From an uncultured bacterium (GTDB lineage Bacteria > Patescibacteriota > Minisyncoccia > Minisyncoccales > UBA5738): DNA of 64,000 nucleotides. Below are positions 17,880 to 27,451 of this stretch, piece after piece (the first letter of the stretch is position 1; each line of letters opens with the position of its first letter). The position numbers and the translations under genes are program-made. The stretch spans positions 8,292 through 72,291 of the forward strand of contig CAINCQ010000041.1 of the NCBI GenBank assembly GCA_903847095.1. Direction: 5' to 3'. The notes beneath the pieces are model-generated. The model ran no database searches. It had not been told where the DNA came from and worked only from the letters and a program-made list of their open reading frames with translations.

Positions 17880-18024
17880 TAAAGCCTTTGAAAGGGCTCG
17901 ATAATCTATTCCAGAAACTAAGATTCCCCCGTGTGATTATTATCACATAATAAATAGTATTTGTCAATAGTATGGATTTTTGCTAAAAGTGGCGATTGGT
18001 GGTATTTTTGACAAAGACAAACTT

Positions 18025-18363
18025 ATGAAACCAATTATTCAATTCACGGATTTTGAAAAAATTGATTTGCGCGCGGGTAAGATCGTTAGCTGTTCCCTTC
18101 CCGCCTGGAGTTCCAAGCTTTTGGAACTGGATGTCGATTTCGGGGCGGAGATCGGCCAAAAAAAGATCTTCGCGGGAGTTCGGAAACGTTTTAAACCCGA
18201 AGAGTTGGCCGGAAAGACCTGCGTTTTCGTGGTCAACCTTGAAGAGCGGAAAATGGGCGAAGGCATTTCCCAGGGCATGATGCTGGTCGCGGTCGCGGCC
18301 GATGAGGCCGCTTCCCCGCTTCTGGTGGCGGAAAACGTGGCTCCGGGCGCGGAAGTGAGATGA
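18025..18363 (+). CDS. tRNA-binding OB-fold protein (Trbp111/CsaA/MetRS C-terminal-like)
   Basis: F.DFEKIDLR.GKI, KLL.L.VDFG, VVNL..RKMG..SQGMML. Confidence 0.9.
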   Translation: MKPIIQFTDFEKIDLRAGKIVSCSLPAWSSKLLELDVDFGAEIGQKKIFAGVRKRFKPEELAGKTCVFVVNLEERKMGEGISQGMMLVAVAADEAASPLLVAENVAPGAEVR

Positions 18364-18399
18364 TTGTTGATTCCACAAAAAGACCAGCCTTACGACTGG

Positions 18400-18492
18400 T
18401 CAAAGCATTTCCCGGCGTTTGAGATGGCCGATTCCTGCCGCTACCACCAAAACAATAAACATGATCAGCAGGTTCAGCCAAGTGAACTCCAT
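18400..18492 (-). CDS. 30-aa single-TM small protein
   Basis: MEFTWLNLLIMFIVLVVAAGIGHLKRREML*; promoter TTGACA(18553-18548)-17-TATAAA; AGGAGGTG SD; terminator overlaps the stop. Confidence 0.75.
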   Translation of the reverse strand: MEFTWLNLLIMFIVLVVAAGIGHLKRREML

Positions 18493-18566
18493 TATATCCA
18501 CCTCCTTTTTTGAAGCCTGACTATTTTATAGCCTGCTTTTTTTGTCATGTCAAAGATGTTTCGCGC

Positions 18567-18764
18567 CTACTTTTTTATCGGCGGTTCGGGAATGGCCACG
18601 GCCGCCACCATGTAAACGAAAACGCCGGGAAAGATTCCGGTAAGACAGGTTATGACGATCCAGATTATCCGCAGATTATGGCGGTCCAGGTTATAATATT
18701 TAGCCAAACCGGCGATAACGCCAAAAATGTCCTTGTTGTCAAGGTCTTTGCAAAGCTTTTTCAT
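18567..18764 (-). CDS. PspC domain protein
   Basis: KKL.K......I.GV.AGLA.Y...D....RII...Y.....IPE. Confidence 0.9.
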   Translation of the reverse strand: MKKLCKDLDNKDIFGVIAGLAKYYNLDRHNLRIIWIVITCLTGIFPGVFVYMVAAVAIPEPPIKK

Positions 18765-18769
18765 ATTGG

Positions 18770-19021
18770 CTACATGGGAAAATTTTCTTTGAGGTTTTCC
18801 GTTCCTTCATCTTGCGCGAATTCCTTTTCGATCTCCTTGAACTCATTTTCAAGGTTGTCGAGTTTTTCCCGGCTTTCTTTTATCAAAATCGCCGCTTCTT
18901 TGACTTTGTCCAAGCCTGCTTCAAGATCGATATCCTTCTGGGAGTTGAACCAGGTGGAAATTTCCGCCAGTTTTTTCAAATTTTCGTTGAGATTGATCTC
19001 TTTTTTATTTTTTGACGTCAT
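18770..19021 (-). CDS. xseB: Exodeoxyribonuclease VII small subunit
   Basis: L.E.L..L.EI......DLE..L...KE...LI......L; follows xseA. Confidence 0.88.
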   Translation of the reverse strand: MTSKNKKEINLNENLKKLAEISTWFNSQKDIDLEAGLDKVKEAAILIKESREKLDNLENEFKEIEKEFAQDEGTENLKENFPM

Positions 19022-20237
19022 TGTTTTTGTGGATCGTATTAATGTTGGAATTGATTGTTCCGTCCGCCAGGCTGATGTCGATCATTTCGCCGACGGAAAC
19101 GCCTTTAATGCTTTTTAGGATCCTGCCGTGGATTTTAACAATAGAATAACCGAGTTTTAACCTCTGTTCGGGGTCGTTTAAGGCCACGGTTTTTTCCAGA
19201 TACTCCAACTGTTGCGCGGCACCCATCAGCGCCAGCTTTAACTGGGCCGCGATTTTTGCTCCTGTTTCGTTTAAAAAGCGGCGCACGTTGGTTAAAATAT
19301 ATTTAAAGTTTCCGAATGCCTGGGCGTGGCGCGTAAGTTTAGACCTAGCGTCGTTCAAAGCGTTTTTATATCCTCCGATCATAAAGATCTGATAATGGTC
19401 CAGCGACCGGTTGATCTCTTCCCAGGATTGGCTGATCGTCGTCGCGGCGATCGAGGGTGTTGAGGTGGCCAGATCGGCCGCCATGGCCGCGAGCGGAACG
19501 TCCTTGTCGTGCCCGATGCCCGCGATGACCGGAACCGGGAAGGCCGCGATTTCGCGTACGATCGTTTCATTGTTGAACGCCATCATAGCCTCAAGCGAAC
19601 CGCCGCCTCTCATTATCACCAAGACGTCGATTTTTCTTTTTTTGAACGTTCTGATCGAGGCTATCAAATCGCCAACCGCGAGCTGTCCTTCGACCCGGGA
19701 ATCGATGAATTCGACGATAAACCCGAATTTTCCCAGGTTGGTCGTAAAATCGTGAATAACCGCTCCCTGCTTTGAAGTAATTACGCCGATCCGGCGGATG
19801 AATTTGGGAATGGGCCGTTTTTTTTGCTCGTCGAATATTCCTTCGAGAGTCAATTTTTTAAGCAGGCGGTCGTATTCAATTTTTAGCGCGCCTTCTCCGG
19901 CCAACTCGATCGAATCCGCGATGAACGAAAGTCTCCCTGAGGGCGCGTAGATTTCGGCGTGTCCCGATGTGATGATCTTTGATCCGACAGTGAGTTTTAA
20001 ACCGAACATTTCATAGCGGGAACGCCAGATGGCGCCGCTGATCACATGGCCGTTTTTTTCGTCTTTCAGCGAAAAATACATATGTCCGGTTGGTCCCAGC
20101 TTTGCTTCGCTCACCTCCCCGATGATCTTTACGGTCAAGGGCTTGATTTTTTGGTTGAGCAGTTCGATGTATTCGGAAACCGTATGAATTTCTTTTTTAC
20201 CGGTTTCCTCGAACGAAAATTGTTTGGAGTATTCCAT
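19005..20237 (-). CDS. xseA: Exodeoxyribonuclease VII large subunit
   Basis: GEVS....GH.YFSLKD, IGVITS..GAV.HD, RGGGS.E...FN.E, GIGH..D, TPS.AA. Confidence 0.95.
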   Translation of the reverse strand: MEYSKQFSFEETGKKEIHTVSEYIELLNQKIKPLTVKIIGEVSEAKLGPTGHMYFSLKDEKNGHVISGAIWRSRYEMFGLKLTVGSKIITSGHAEIYAPSGRLSFIADSIELAGEGALKIEYDRLLKKLTLEGIFDEQKKRPIPKFIRRIGVITSKQGAVIHDFTTNLGKFGFIVEFIDSRVEGQLAVGDLIASIRTFKKRKIDVLVIMRGGGSLEAMMAFNNETIVREIAAFPVPVIAGIGHDKDVPLAAMAADLATSTPSIAATTISQSWEEINRSLDHYQIFMIGGYKNALNDARSKLTRHAQAFGNFKYILTNVRRFLNETGAKIAAQLKLALMGAAQQLEYLEKTVALNDPEQRLKLGYSIVKIHGRILKSIKGVSVGEMIDISLADGTINSNINTIHKNNDVKK

Positions 20238-20353
20238 GATCCTTGGGTGAACGACAAAAAGTATTATAGCATAATGCCGCAAAAAAGACTTCCTTGCAAA
20301 ACTTCCACTTTGTGGTATGGATAGGTGGGAACTTAAAAAAAGGAGGATTAAAT

Positions 20354-20776
20354 ACGTTATTGGAACAGAAGTTTGGTAAAATCAACAAGGTGCTTTTGTT
20401 TTGGATATTGGCGGTGGTGTTTCCGGTCGTGTTTATCCTATACCCGATACCGGGAGGGAGAATTCCGTTTGTCGTTCTTTTCCAGCTCATCGGTTATTCC
20501 GCTCTGGCGGCGGGAACCGTTTATCATTCTCTGGCTAAACGGGGACTTACCTGCGGCGAGATTTTCGATCAGGAGGTTAACGAAAACTATTGCTTTAGCG
20601 TCGTTCTAATGTCTTTTGTCTTCCAAATCGATTTCGGATACGGGATATTCTCCGGTTTTGTCGGAGCGTTTGATCTGGAGATGGTCATAATCATAATTAT
20701 TCTGTATTCGATCATCGCCTTGCTACGGGCTGCGGTCAGGAAAAACAAGTGCGAACATCCATTAGTCAAAGATTAA
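20354..20776 (+). CDS. Hypothetical 4-TM membrane protein; start ACG 20354 or TTG 20360
   Basis: Hydrophobic ORF; AAGGAGG SD; terminator AAGGCG-GTAA-CGCCTT with T-tract right after the stop. Confidence 0.7.
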   Translation, partial: TLLEQKFGKINKVLLFWILAVVFPVVFILYPIPGGRIPFVVLFQLIGYSALAAGTVYHSLAKRGLTCGEIFDQEVNENYCFSVVLMSFVFQIDFGYGIFSGFVGAFDLEMVIIIIILYSIIALLRAAVRKNKCEHPLVKD

Positions 20777-20899
20777 GGCGGTAACGCCTTTTTTGTTTAC
20801 TCCCGGGCAAAAGGAAACCGTGGGTGGACGCGAAGCAGAAGCCGGGTGAGGAGGTCGTTTTGGCAATTAAAAAAAGCCAAAAATTGGCTTTCAAGACTC

Positions 20900-21394
20900 C
20901 TATAGGAATTCTTCGATGGATAAGAACTCTTTGATTTTATCCGTTATCAGGTCGACCAGTTCGCTTGGACCATCATCAATGAAAAGCGTTTTCGCGTCCA
21001 GGCTTTCGGCGTGTCGTTCGCGGTCGTCGGTCGCGACGTTGTTCGGAGTGTCGGTATAATCGGCATGACCTTTATTGTGGTCGTAGGCCAGATACTTTTT
21101 TTTGCCGGCCACCTCCGCAAAAAAAACCTCGTGCACGGAAAAAATATACCAATAGATCGCTTCGTTTGTCGGTGACGCAAGAATACTTTCCTTAAGGGAT
21201 GAGGAATACGCGATCAAAATATCTTTGCCTTTTATATTTCTTAAATATACCGTTTCCAGATTGAGCTGGAGTCCGGCTTGAAAGGCAAGTGTATCGAGAG
21301 AAAGATGATATATTCGGTTGGAAATCGCGTATATTTCCCGATAATGATCGCTCTTCGCACCAAATTCGTCAAATTTTGTTGCCAGATCGCCCGT
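20900..21394 (-). CDS. Hypothetical acidic protein; probable ACG start
   Basis: No in-frame ATG; the track's TTG at 21460 is the first half of a TTGACA box; GAGGAGG 8 nt before in-frame ACG 21394; terminator near 20869-20891. Confidence 0.65.
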   Translation of the reverse strand, partial: TGDLATKFDEFGAKSDHYREIYAISNRIYHLSLDTLAFQAGLQLNLETVYLRNIKGKDILIAYSSSLKESILASPTNEAIYWYIFSVHEVFFAEVAGKKKYLAYDHNKGHADYTDTPNNVATDDRERHAESLDAKTLFIDDGPSELVDLITDKIKEFLSIEEFL

Positions 21395-21476
21395 ATCCGA
21401 TTCCTCCTCGTTTTTATCAATATGCTGCCTTAGGTCTATCAGGAAAAGGAGTTTTGTCAATAAGGCCGGATTAATT

Positions 21477-22166
21477 TTATGCTAATAAGCCCAGGATGTA
21501 TTCTTTGGCCTTAAGCTGTTCTTCGAGGCTGTTCTCGAGCTCCAAGGCGCAATATTTCGAAAAATATTTGACCGGATAGTTTTTCAGATAATCGAAACAA
21601 GACAATTCATCAAAATGGTGAGTGTCGAAACGTTTTTCCCCGTCGCCGTTGATCCGGATCTTATCGCCAACTCCGCTGATATGATTACAGCCGATCGGAT
21701 AGGTTCCCAAGGCTTTTGTGAAGGATTCAAACCTCTCCGGATTTAGCCGCCGGTCGTTTTCCAAATGGGATACATCAAGACAGATTCCCGCCCAATCCTT
21801 CATCTCGTCCGGATTATAGGGATTATAAACGTTTTCGATGAATATCTTATCGGAGTGGCGCGACCAATCATTAAGGTGGGGATATTCGGCGCCGCAGTGG
21901 GTATTAAAAACTTTGGTGCCGAAATTATTCGCCAGATACTCGATCTCGCCGACCGTCATATCGCTTCTCAAATGGACGAACGGGCAGGACTCGATCGTTG
22001 ATTTTTCGAGCAACCCGAAATACTCCTTCCGGTTCTCTTCAGAAAGGGTGGTCGGGAACAAGGCGCATTCTTTGAGACCGAGACGCGTTGCTTCAGCGAA
22101 CATTGCGTGCCAATCCGAGCCTTTGGTAGTAGTAATTGAGACCAGGATGTTATCGGGCTTGATCAT
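21477..22166 (-). CDS. Xylose-isomerase/AP-endonuclease-2-like TIM-barrel protein
   Basis: Metal-ligand pattern HL, IFIEN, GICLDVSH, HIS, H, LELE; promoter TTGACC-17-TACAAT. Confidence 0.65.
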   Translation of the reverse strand: MIKPDNILVSITTTKGSDWHAMFAEATRLGLKECALFPTTLSEENRKEYFGLLEKSTIESCPFVHLRSDMTVGEIEYLANNFGTKVFNTHCGAEYPHLNDWSRHSDKIFIENVYNPYNPDEMKDWAGICLDVSHLENDRRLNPERFESFTKALGTYPIGCNHISGVGDKIRINGDGEKRFDTHHFDELSCFDYLKNYPVKYFSKYCALELENSLEEQLKAKEYILGLLA

Positions 22167-22271
22167 ATAGATATCCAATCACCTATTGTATAAATGTTTA
22201 AGCTTGCGGTCAAATAGTAAAGCGTAACGAAAAAAGACAGAGTTTGTTCCCTGTCTTGCCTCCTTGAGTAT

Positions 22272-22571
22272 TTATATCTCAAGGATTTCCGCCGCTAAAA
22301 TATTAATCCTTTGCTCGGGAAGTATGATGGTGCCGAACCTTCTCTGCCCATTGTGGATGGGCTTGGATGTTCTGGCCAGCATTCGGATATGATAGCGCCG
22401 GGTTTCCAGCGCCATCCGAGCGTTCCGATCCTTAGCCGATTCTACGTATCCAAGATCAATGGCCAGGATAAGATTGCACTCCGCCATTATCATTTCGCCT
22501 TTCGGACGGATACGACGGTCCCCGATTGGCCAATCCTCAAAACGGATGGCCTCTCTTTCCCATTTCCTCAC
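22272..22571 (-). CDS. Hypothetical protein
   Basis: Promoter TTGACA(22623-22618)-17-TAAGCT; AGGAGG 7 nt before GTG. Confidence 0.7.
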   Translation of the reverse strand: MRKWEREAIRFEDWPIGDRRIRPKGEMIMAECNLILAIDLGYVESAKDRNARMALETRRYHIRMLARTSKPIHNGQRRFGTIILPEQRINILAAEILEI

Positions 22572-22784
22572 TATTCATCCTCCTAATAATATATAGCTTA
22601 ACACATATTTAATATTATGTCAATATCGCAAGCCTGACGGGTATCGATCAAGATTTTGGATTATTGGCGCTTCGGCCACTCTTTTTTGCTTAAGCAGAAA
22701 TATGGGCATGAATGAGGCTACTCTTCTTGGCGGTGGAACGAAGAAGAAGATGGTATTGGAATGATTTTCTGTTATAATCTAACA

Positions 22785-24164
22785 ATGAAAAAAGCGGAAT
22801 TAAGCTTCAATATCGTCCTCGTAGTTGTTGATTTTATCATGCTTTTGGCCGCGTCCGTCGCGGCTTATTATCTGAGAATAAGTCCGTGGCTTGAGGGTTG
22901 GCGCCAACCTCAGGAATTTTTTTTGCGGTTTCCTTTTTCCGTTTATTTCCCGGTAGCTATTCTTGTTTCGGCGGTTTGGATCGTCATATTTTTTCTGGCC
23001 GGTTTATACCGCTCAAGGTTTGGCCAAAGTATCATTGAGGATTTTACCAAAGTTGTTTTGGCGACGTTGGCCGGAGTGGCCGCGGTAACGCTGTTTTTTT
23101 TCTTTAATCAGGAACTTTTCGATTCCCGGTTTATTTTGCTGGCGGCTTGGTTTTTCTCCCTGGTTTTAGTAACGATGGGCCGGTTTGCGATCAAAAAGGT
23201 CTGGGCCAGATTCCGGCTCGGTACCCAGCGGACGGTTCTTGTCGGCCCGCCGGAAGTGGTCGGAAGCTTGGCGGCGGCAATGGCCGCCGATCCTTATATT
23301 GAACGAAGGGCCGTAGCCAAATTAACCGCATACAACGAAAAAGAACTTAACCGGATCAAGGATGATGAGGGATTCGATGAGGTTATGGTGTGCGACGAAA
23401 AAATAGCCAAGGAACAACTGGCGGTTATCGCGGATTACTGTGAGAATAATAACTTGAATTTTCGTTTTATTCCCGATTTATTCCAGACTTTCTTTATCAA
23501 TATTAATGTTGAAACAATAGCCGGATTCCCGGTTTTGGAATTTAACCGCACACCGCTCGAAGGTTGGGGGCGTTTTTCAAAACGCGCGGTTGACGCGGCG
23601 GTCGCGGCGGCGGGAATTGTATTGTTTTTGCCCTTCTGGGTCGCGGTCGCGGCGGTGATAACGCTTGACAGCCCCGGCCCCGCTCTCGTGAAGCTCAAAA
23701 GGGTAAGCCGCGGAAAAGAATTCTGCCTGTACAAATTCCGCTCCATGAAAAACAACTCTCAGGAGTTAAAAAGCCGGTATCTCGAACATAACGAACGAAA
23801 AGACGGTCCGCTGTTCAAAATCAAAAACGATCCTCGCGTGACGCGCGCGGGAAAATATTTACGAAGAACCTGGATAGACGAGTTTCCCCAGTTGATCAAC
23901 GTTCTTAAGGGTGAAATGAGCTTGGTAGGTCCGCGTCCGCATGAGCCCGAAGAAGTCGCTTGTTATCAAAAAAGGCACAAAGGCGTTTTTTTTGTGAAGT
24001 CGGGCATGACCGGAATATCGCAGGTGAGCGGCAGCTCCAGCTTGCCTTTTGAAGAGGAGGTCAAGCTTGATCTCTACTACGTGAAGAATTGGTCCATGAT
24101 CTGGGATTTCAAAATTATTCTTAAAACCATGGTTTTGTTTTTCAAACAAAAAGCTTCTTACTGA
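22785..24164 (+). CDS. Polyprenyl-phosphate hexose-1-phosphate transferase (WcaJ/WbaP family)
   Basis: Four N-terminal TMs, KR..D, YKFRSM, DPRVT..G..LR...DE.PQL.NV.KGEMSLVGPRP, DL.YV.NWS...D. Confidence 0.93.
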   Translation: MKKAELSFNIVLVVVDFIMLLAASVAAYYLRISPWLEGWRQPQEFFLRFPFSVYFPVAILVSAVWIVIFFLAGLYRSRFGQSIIEDFTKVVLATLAGVAAVTLFFFFNQELFDSRFILLAAWFFSLVLVTMGRFAIKKVWARFRLGTQRTVLVGPPEVVGSLAAAMAADPYIERRAVAKLTAYNEKELNRIKDDEGFDEVMVCDEKIAKEQLAVIADYCENNNLNFRFIPDLFQTFFININVETIAGFPVLEFNRTPLEGWGRFSKRAVDAAVAAAGIVLFLPFWVAVAAVITLDSPGPALVKLKRVSRGKEFCLYKFRSMKNNSQELKSRYLEHNERKDGPLFKIKNDPRVTRAGKYLRRTWIDEFPQLINVLKGEMSLVGPRPHEPEEVACYQKRHKGVFFVKSGMTGISQVSGSSSLPFEEEVKLDLYYVKNWSMIWDFKIILKTMVLFFKQKASY

Positions 24165-25489
24165 CTGGCCAATTCCTCATAGACCGAAACCATTTCGTTC
24201 ACCGTTTTAGTTAGGGAAAATTCCGATTCTACGCGCCGCCGCGCTTTTACGCCCATATCTTTTCTTGAACTTTCGTGGGAAAGCAAATACCCGATTTTAT
24301 CCGTAAAACCGTTTAGGTCGCGCGCCCTTACGCAGAATCCGCTCTCGGCGGAGATTAACTCTTTATGGCCGCCGACATCCGAAATTACCACTGGCACCCC
24401 CATCGCCATCGCTTCGGCGGCGCTTAAACCAAACCCTTCGGTAAGCGACGTTGAAACGAAAATCGAAGCGATGGATAGGATCTCGGGTATTTCTTCCTTA
24501 AAGCCGAGAAATTTGATATTGGCGGCCAAGTTCATTTTTTTTACCCGTTTGACCATGGCGCTTCGCAGGTAGCCGTCTCCGGCAACGACAAAAGTTGTCC
24601 GTGGATAAGCAATCGAAACCTTTTTGGCGATTTTTAAAAAAGAAACGGGATCTTTTTCCCTGATGAGGCGCGAGATGAAAACTACTGTTTGATTTTCTGG
24701 CGGTATGCCGTATTTGTTTTTTATCCCGGCCTTTTTTTGGGAAAACAACGAAGGATCGAAGAGAGACAGGTCCACTCCGTTAGGGACAACGGAAATTTTT
24801 TTTGGTTCCGCGTATTGTTTCTCGACCAAAAAGTTTTTCATTAATTCCGTCGCTACGATCGTTCTATCGATTGAGGATGAAAATTTCCGGTACCCGAAAC
24901 CGTGCAGCAAGGCGAAATAGTCCGGATCGATGTGGACCCAATTGACGGTGGCCGCTTGGGTTCTCGCTTTTAGGTAAGGCAGCGCGAAATAAAGAATCTC
25001 GCAATTGCTGAATTGCACGATAGTGGTACCTAAATCCGAAACAAGATCTACTATCGCGTCTTTTTGCGACCACAAGCCGCCCGAACGGGAAAGGTCGTAA
25101 ACGTCGGCCACCGACTCGAATTTTTCCGTCCATTCCCCTTTCTTCAGGGCGCAGCCCAAAACGGGTTGTAATCCGATTTTCGAAAGGTTTTTGACGACAT
25201 CGAACAATATTCTCTCGGCTCCGCCGAAAACCAGATGCGGAGCAACGAACAGTAAGCGGACCTTACCCCGGTAATTTTTGGATCCGGCCGCCGCCGATGG
25301 CGGATCTTGATGTTCGAAAACGGTTGCCCGGCTGTAAAAAAAAACTTCCAAAAAAACGCCTTTGGCCAAAGCTTTCACGCGCCACGGAAACAAGCGCTTG
25401 ACGAACTCATAGAATTGGTAAAGCTTATTGACCATGGGCGTTGAATTTACCCGGACTGAATGACTGGCGACTTTTCGTGGAGTGCTCAT
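24158..25489 (-). CDS. GT4 glycosyltransferase
   Basis: GGAER, VPNGVD, EGFGLSAAEAMA.G.PVV.SDVGG. Confidence 0.92.
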   Translation of the reverse strand: MSTPRKVASHSVRVNSTPMVNKLYQFYEFVKRLFPWRVKALAKGVFLEVFFYSRATVFEHQDPPSAAAGSKNYRGKVRLLFVAPHLVFGGAERILFDVVKNLSKIGLQPVLGCALKKGEWTEKFESVADVYDLSRSGGLWSQKDAIVDLVSDLGTTIVQFSNCEILYFALPYLKARTQAATVNWVHIDPDYFALLHGFGYRKFSSSIDRTIVATELMKNFLVEKQYAEPKKISVVPNGVDLSLFDPSLFSQKKAGIKNKYGIPPENQTVVFISRLIREKDPVSFLKIAKKVSIAYPRTTFVVAGDGYLRSAMVKRVKKMNLAANIKFLGFKEEIPEILSIASIFVSTSLTEGFGLSAAEAMAMGVPVVISDVGGHKELISAESGFCVRARDLNGFTDKIGYLLSHESSRKDMGVKARRRVESEFSLTKTVNEMVSVYEELASQ

Positions 25490-27447
25490 TTTAGAAAGGA
25501 ATCCGCTTTTAAGAATTCATCCCGGGCCTTGTCGTTCAGGTTTTCGTTTGAGTATGCCGTTCCGTTAACGCGATGCAGTTTTTCGATCTGGGCCAACACG
25601 ACTTTTTTGTCGGGTACGATGTAGTAAGGAGATAGAACGTATTCTTTTTTGTAATAAGGTAAAATTTTATCGAGCAGTAAATGAATATCGACGTATCTTT
25701 GTTGCGTAAAATAAAGATCGGCCAACGCAAAGGCGGCATCCAGGCCGAATGGATATTTACTTAACGCGACCCGGTAATTTTCTTCAGCTGCCGGTTGATC
25801 GCCTTTCGCCAGCTCGATTTCTCCTAAAAACAAGCGATTTTCCGAGGTGTCGGACCAAAAAAGCGCTTGATCGGTGAAATTGACTGAGGCGGAAAAATCG
25901 TCTTTATTCCCGGTCTTTTTTGCCGAATCAAGGTAAAGACCGGCCAGCCGGAGACGGTATCGGGGATCGAAAGGATCGGTATCCGCGGCTTTTTGAAGGC
26001 TGCTTAAGGCTTCCGAAGAATGTCCTTCTTCCAGATAATAGATGCCGTCCTGGTATGAGGAATCCGCCATAAAATCCGTTATTCCAAAATATAACAAGAC
26101 CAGAGCCAGCGGAAAAAAACCAATAAGTGATCGGTCCGCAATTTTTTTGGCCCATCCCATCCTTTCGTCGCCAGCTTCAGGGTTACCGTAAAACGTTCCG
26201 GCTTTCAAAATTATTCCCGAGATCAGAAAAAAAGCGATCAAATTAGCCAGATAGGACCAGCCGAAATTGACGCCATTATCAAGCAGACTGGCCGCGGCGC
26301 CTCCGGTCAATCCGATCAAAACGAGATCGGCGGTATCGGCCGAATCCGTTAGGCCCTTTTTTAAATTCGTAAGCAGTTTAAAAACGGAAAGCAAAAAACC
26401 GCAAATATAGACCAAAAAAACCAAAAACAAAATTAAGCCCCCTTCAGCCAAAACCTTCAGATAGAAATTGTGGGGATCGGTACTGTAGTAAAAAGGCGGT
26501 TTCAGGTACTGTTTATCGTAATAAGGATAAGATCCGAGGCCTCCGCCCAAGAATATCCGGTCTTTGAAGATATCCCAAGCCCCTTGCCAGAAAAAGATCC
26601 GCGCCACAGCGGCGTTTTCCTGGACAGTTTCGGCGTCGTAAACCACGTTCGCCGCCGAAACCTGTTTGGCTTGATAAGACTTGAGCCGCGAGAAACCGGT
26701 AATCACCGTCAGGCTGGCTAGAATTATGATCGCGATCAAGGCGAGCGAATGCTTATTGGCGATTTTTTTTTGGAAGAATACGGCTAAAAATAGCATAACG
26801 GAAAAAAAGCTTATCCACGCCCCCCGGCTTCGGTCAAAATAGAAAACAACGAAAAATAAAATATTGGTAGCGATCAGGTAAATCTTCCAATGGCGTTGTG
26901 GTTTTCCCAGGAAAAGCAAACAAACCGCGAGCATCAGAGGGTAGGTTATAAATTCGCCGAAAGGGATATGGCTGTAAAAAGTCGAGGTTAAGCGCAAAAA
27001 ACCAAAACTTTGAGAAACGGAGAAATCATATAAGCCAATAAGGGAAAGAAGAATTCCAAGCCCTAGAACAAGATAGCCGAAATACCGGATCTCTTTTTTG
27101 GAATCGATAAAATTAAAAACAAGAAAACACAAAATGAAACACGCCAGAAAGTTCAGGAATTCGGACAAACCGCGATACTTGTCCGGTGAAAAGATTACCG
27201 ACGCGCCCGATCCAAACACAAATAACGCCAAAAAAAGGAACGGAACGTAAGCTCCTTTAAGGTCAAATTTTCCCTTCAACTTCCACATAAAAAAAACCGT
27301 CGGGAGTAGAAGGGAAAATAATACCAATTGCCCGGTCGCGCTTTTTCCACCCCAAAAGAGCGGCGGAACGAAAACAATGGCGGAAAGCAAAGCCAGAACC
27401 GCAAGTTCGCGCAAGCTGTAAGCTTTGCCTCTTTGTGGTATTGCCAT
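25486..27447 (-). CDS. O-antigen ligase-like (Wzy_C) membrane protein with C-terminal TPR
   Basis: About 12 TMs, SRGAW, R..FW..AW, G.G.G.Y, PHN.YL..LAE.G, then TPR-like helices. Confidence 0.88.
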   Translation of the reverse strand: MAIPQRGKAYSLRELAVLALLSAIVFVPPLFWGGKSATGQLVLFSLLLPTVFFMWKLKGKFDLKGAYVPFLFLALFVFGSGASVIFSPDKYRGLSEFLNFLACFILCFLVFNFIDSKKEIRYFGYLVLGLGILLSLIGLYDFSVSQSFGFLRLTSTFYSHIPFGEFITYPLMLAVCLLFLGKPQRHWKIYLIATNILFFVVFYFDRSRGAWISFFSVMLFLAVFFQKKIANKHSLALIAIIILASLTVITGFSRLKSYQAKQVSAANVVYDAETVQENAAVARIFFWQGAWDIFKDRIFLGGGLGSYPYYDKQYLKPPFYYSTDPHNFYLKVLAEGGLILFLVFLVYICGFLLSVFKLLTNLKKGLTDSADTADLVLIGLTGGAAASLLDNGVNFGWSYLANLIAFFLISGIILKAGTFYGNPEAGDERMGWAKKIADRSLIGFFPLALVLLYFGITDFMADSSYQDGIYYLEEGHSSEALSSLQKAADTDPFDPRYRLRLAGLYLDSAKKTGNKDDFSASVNFTDQALFWSDTSENRLFLGEIELAKGDQPAAEENYRVALSKYPFGLDAAFALADLYFTQQRYVDIHLLLDKILPYYKKEYVLSPYYIVPDKKVVLAQIEKLHRVNGTAYSNENLNDKARDEFLKADSFLK

Positions 27448-27451
27448 GGAT

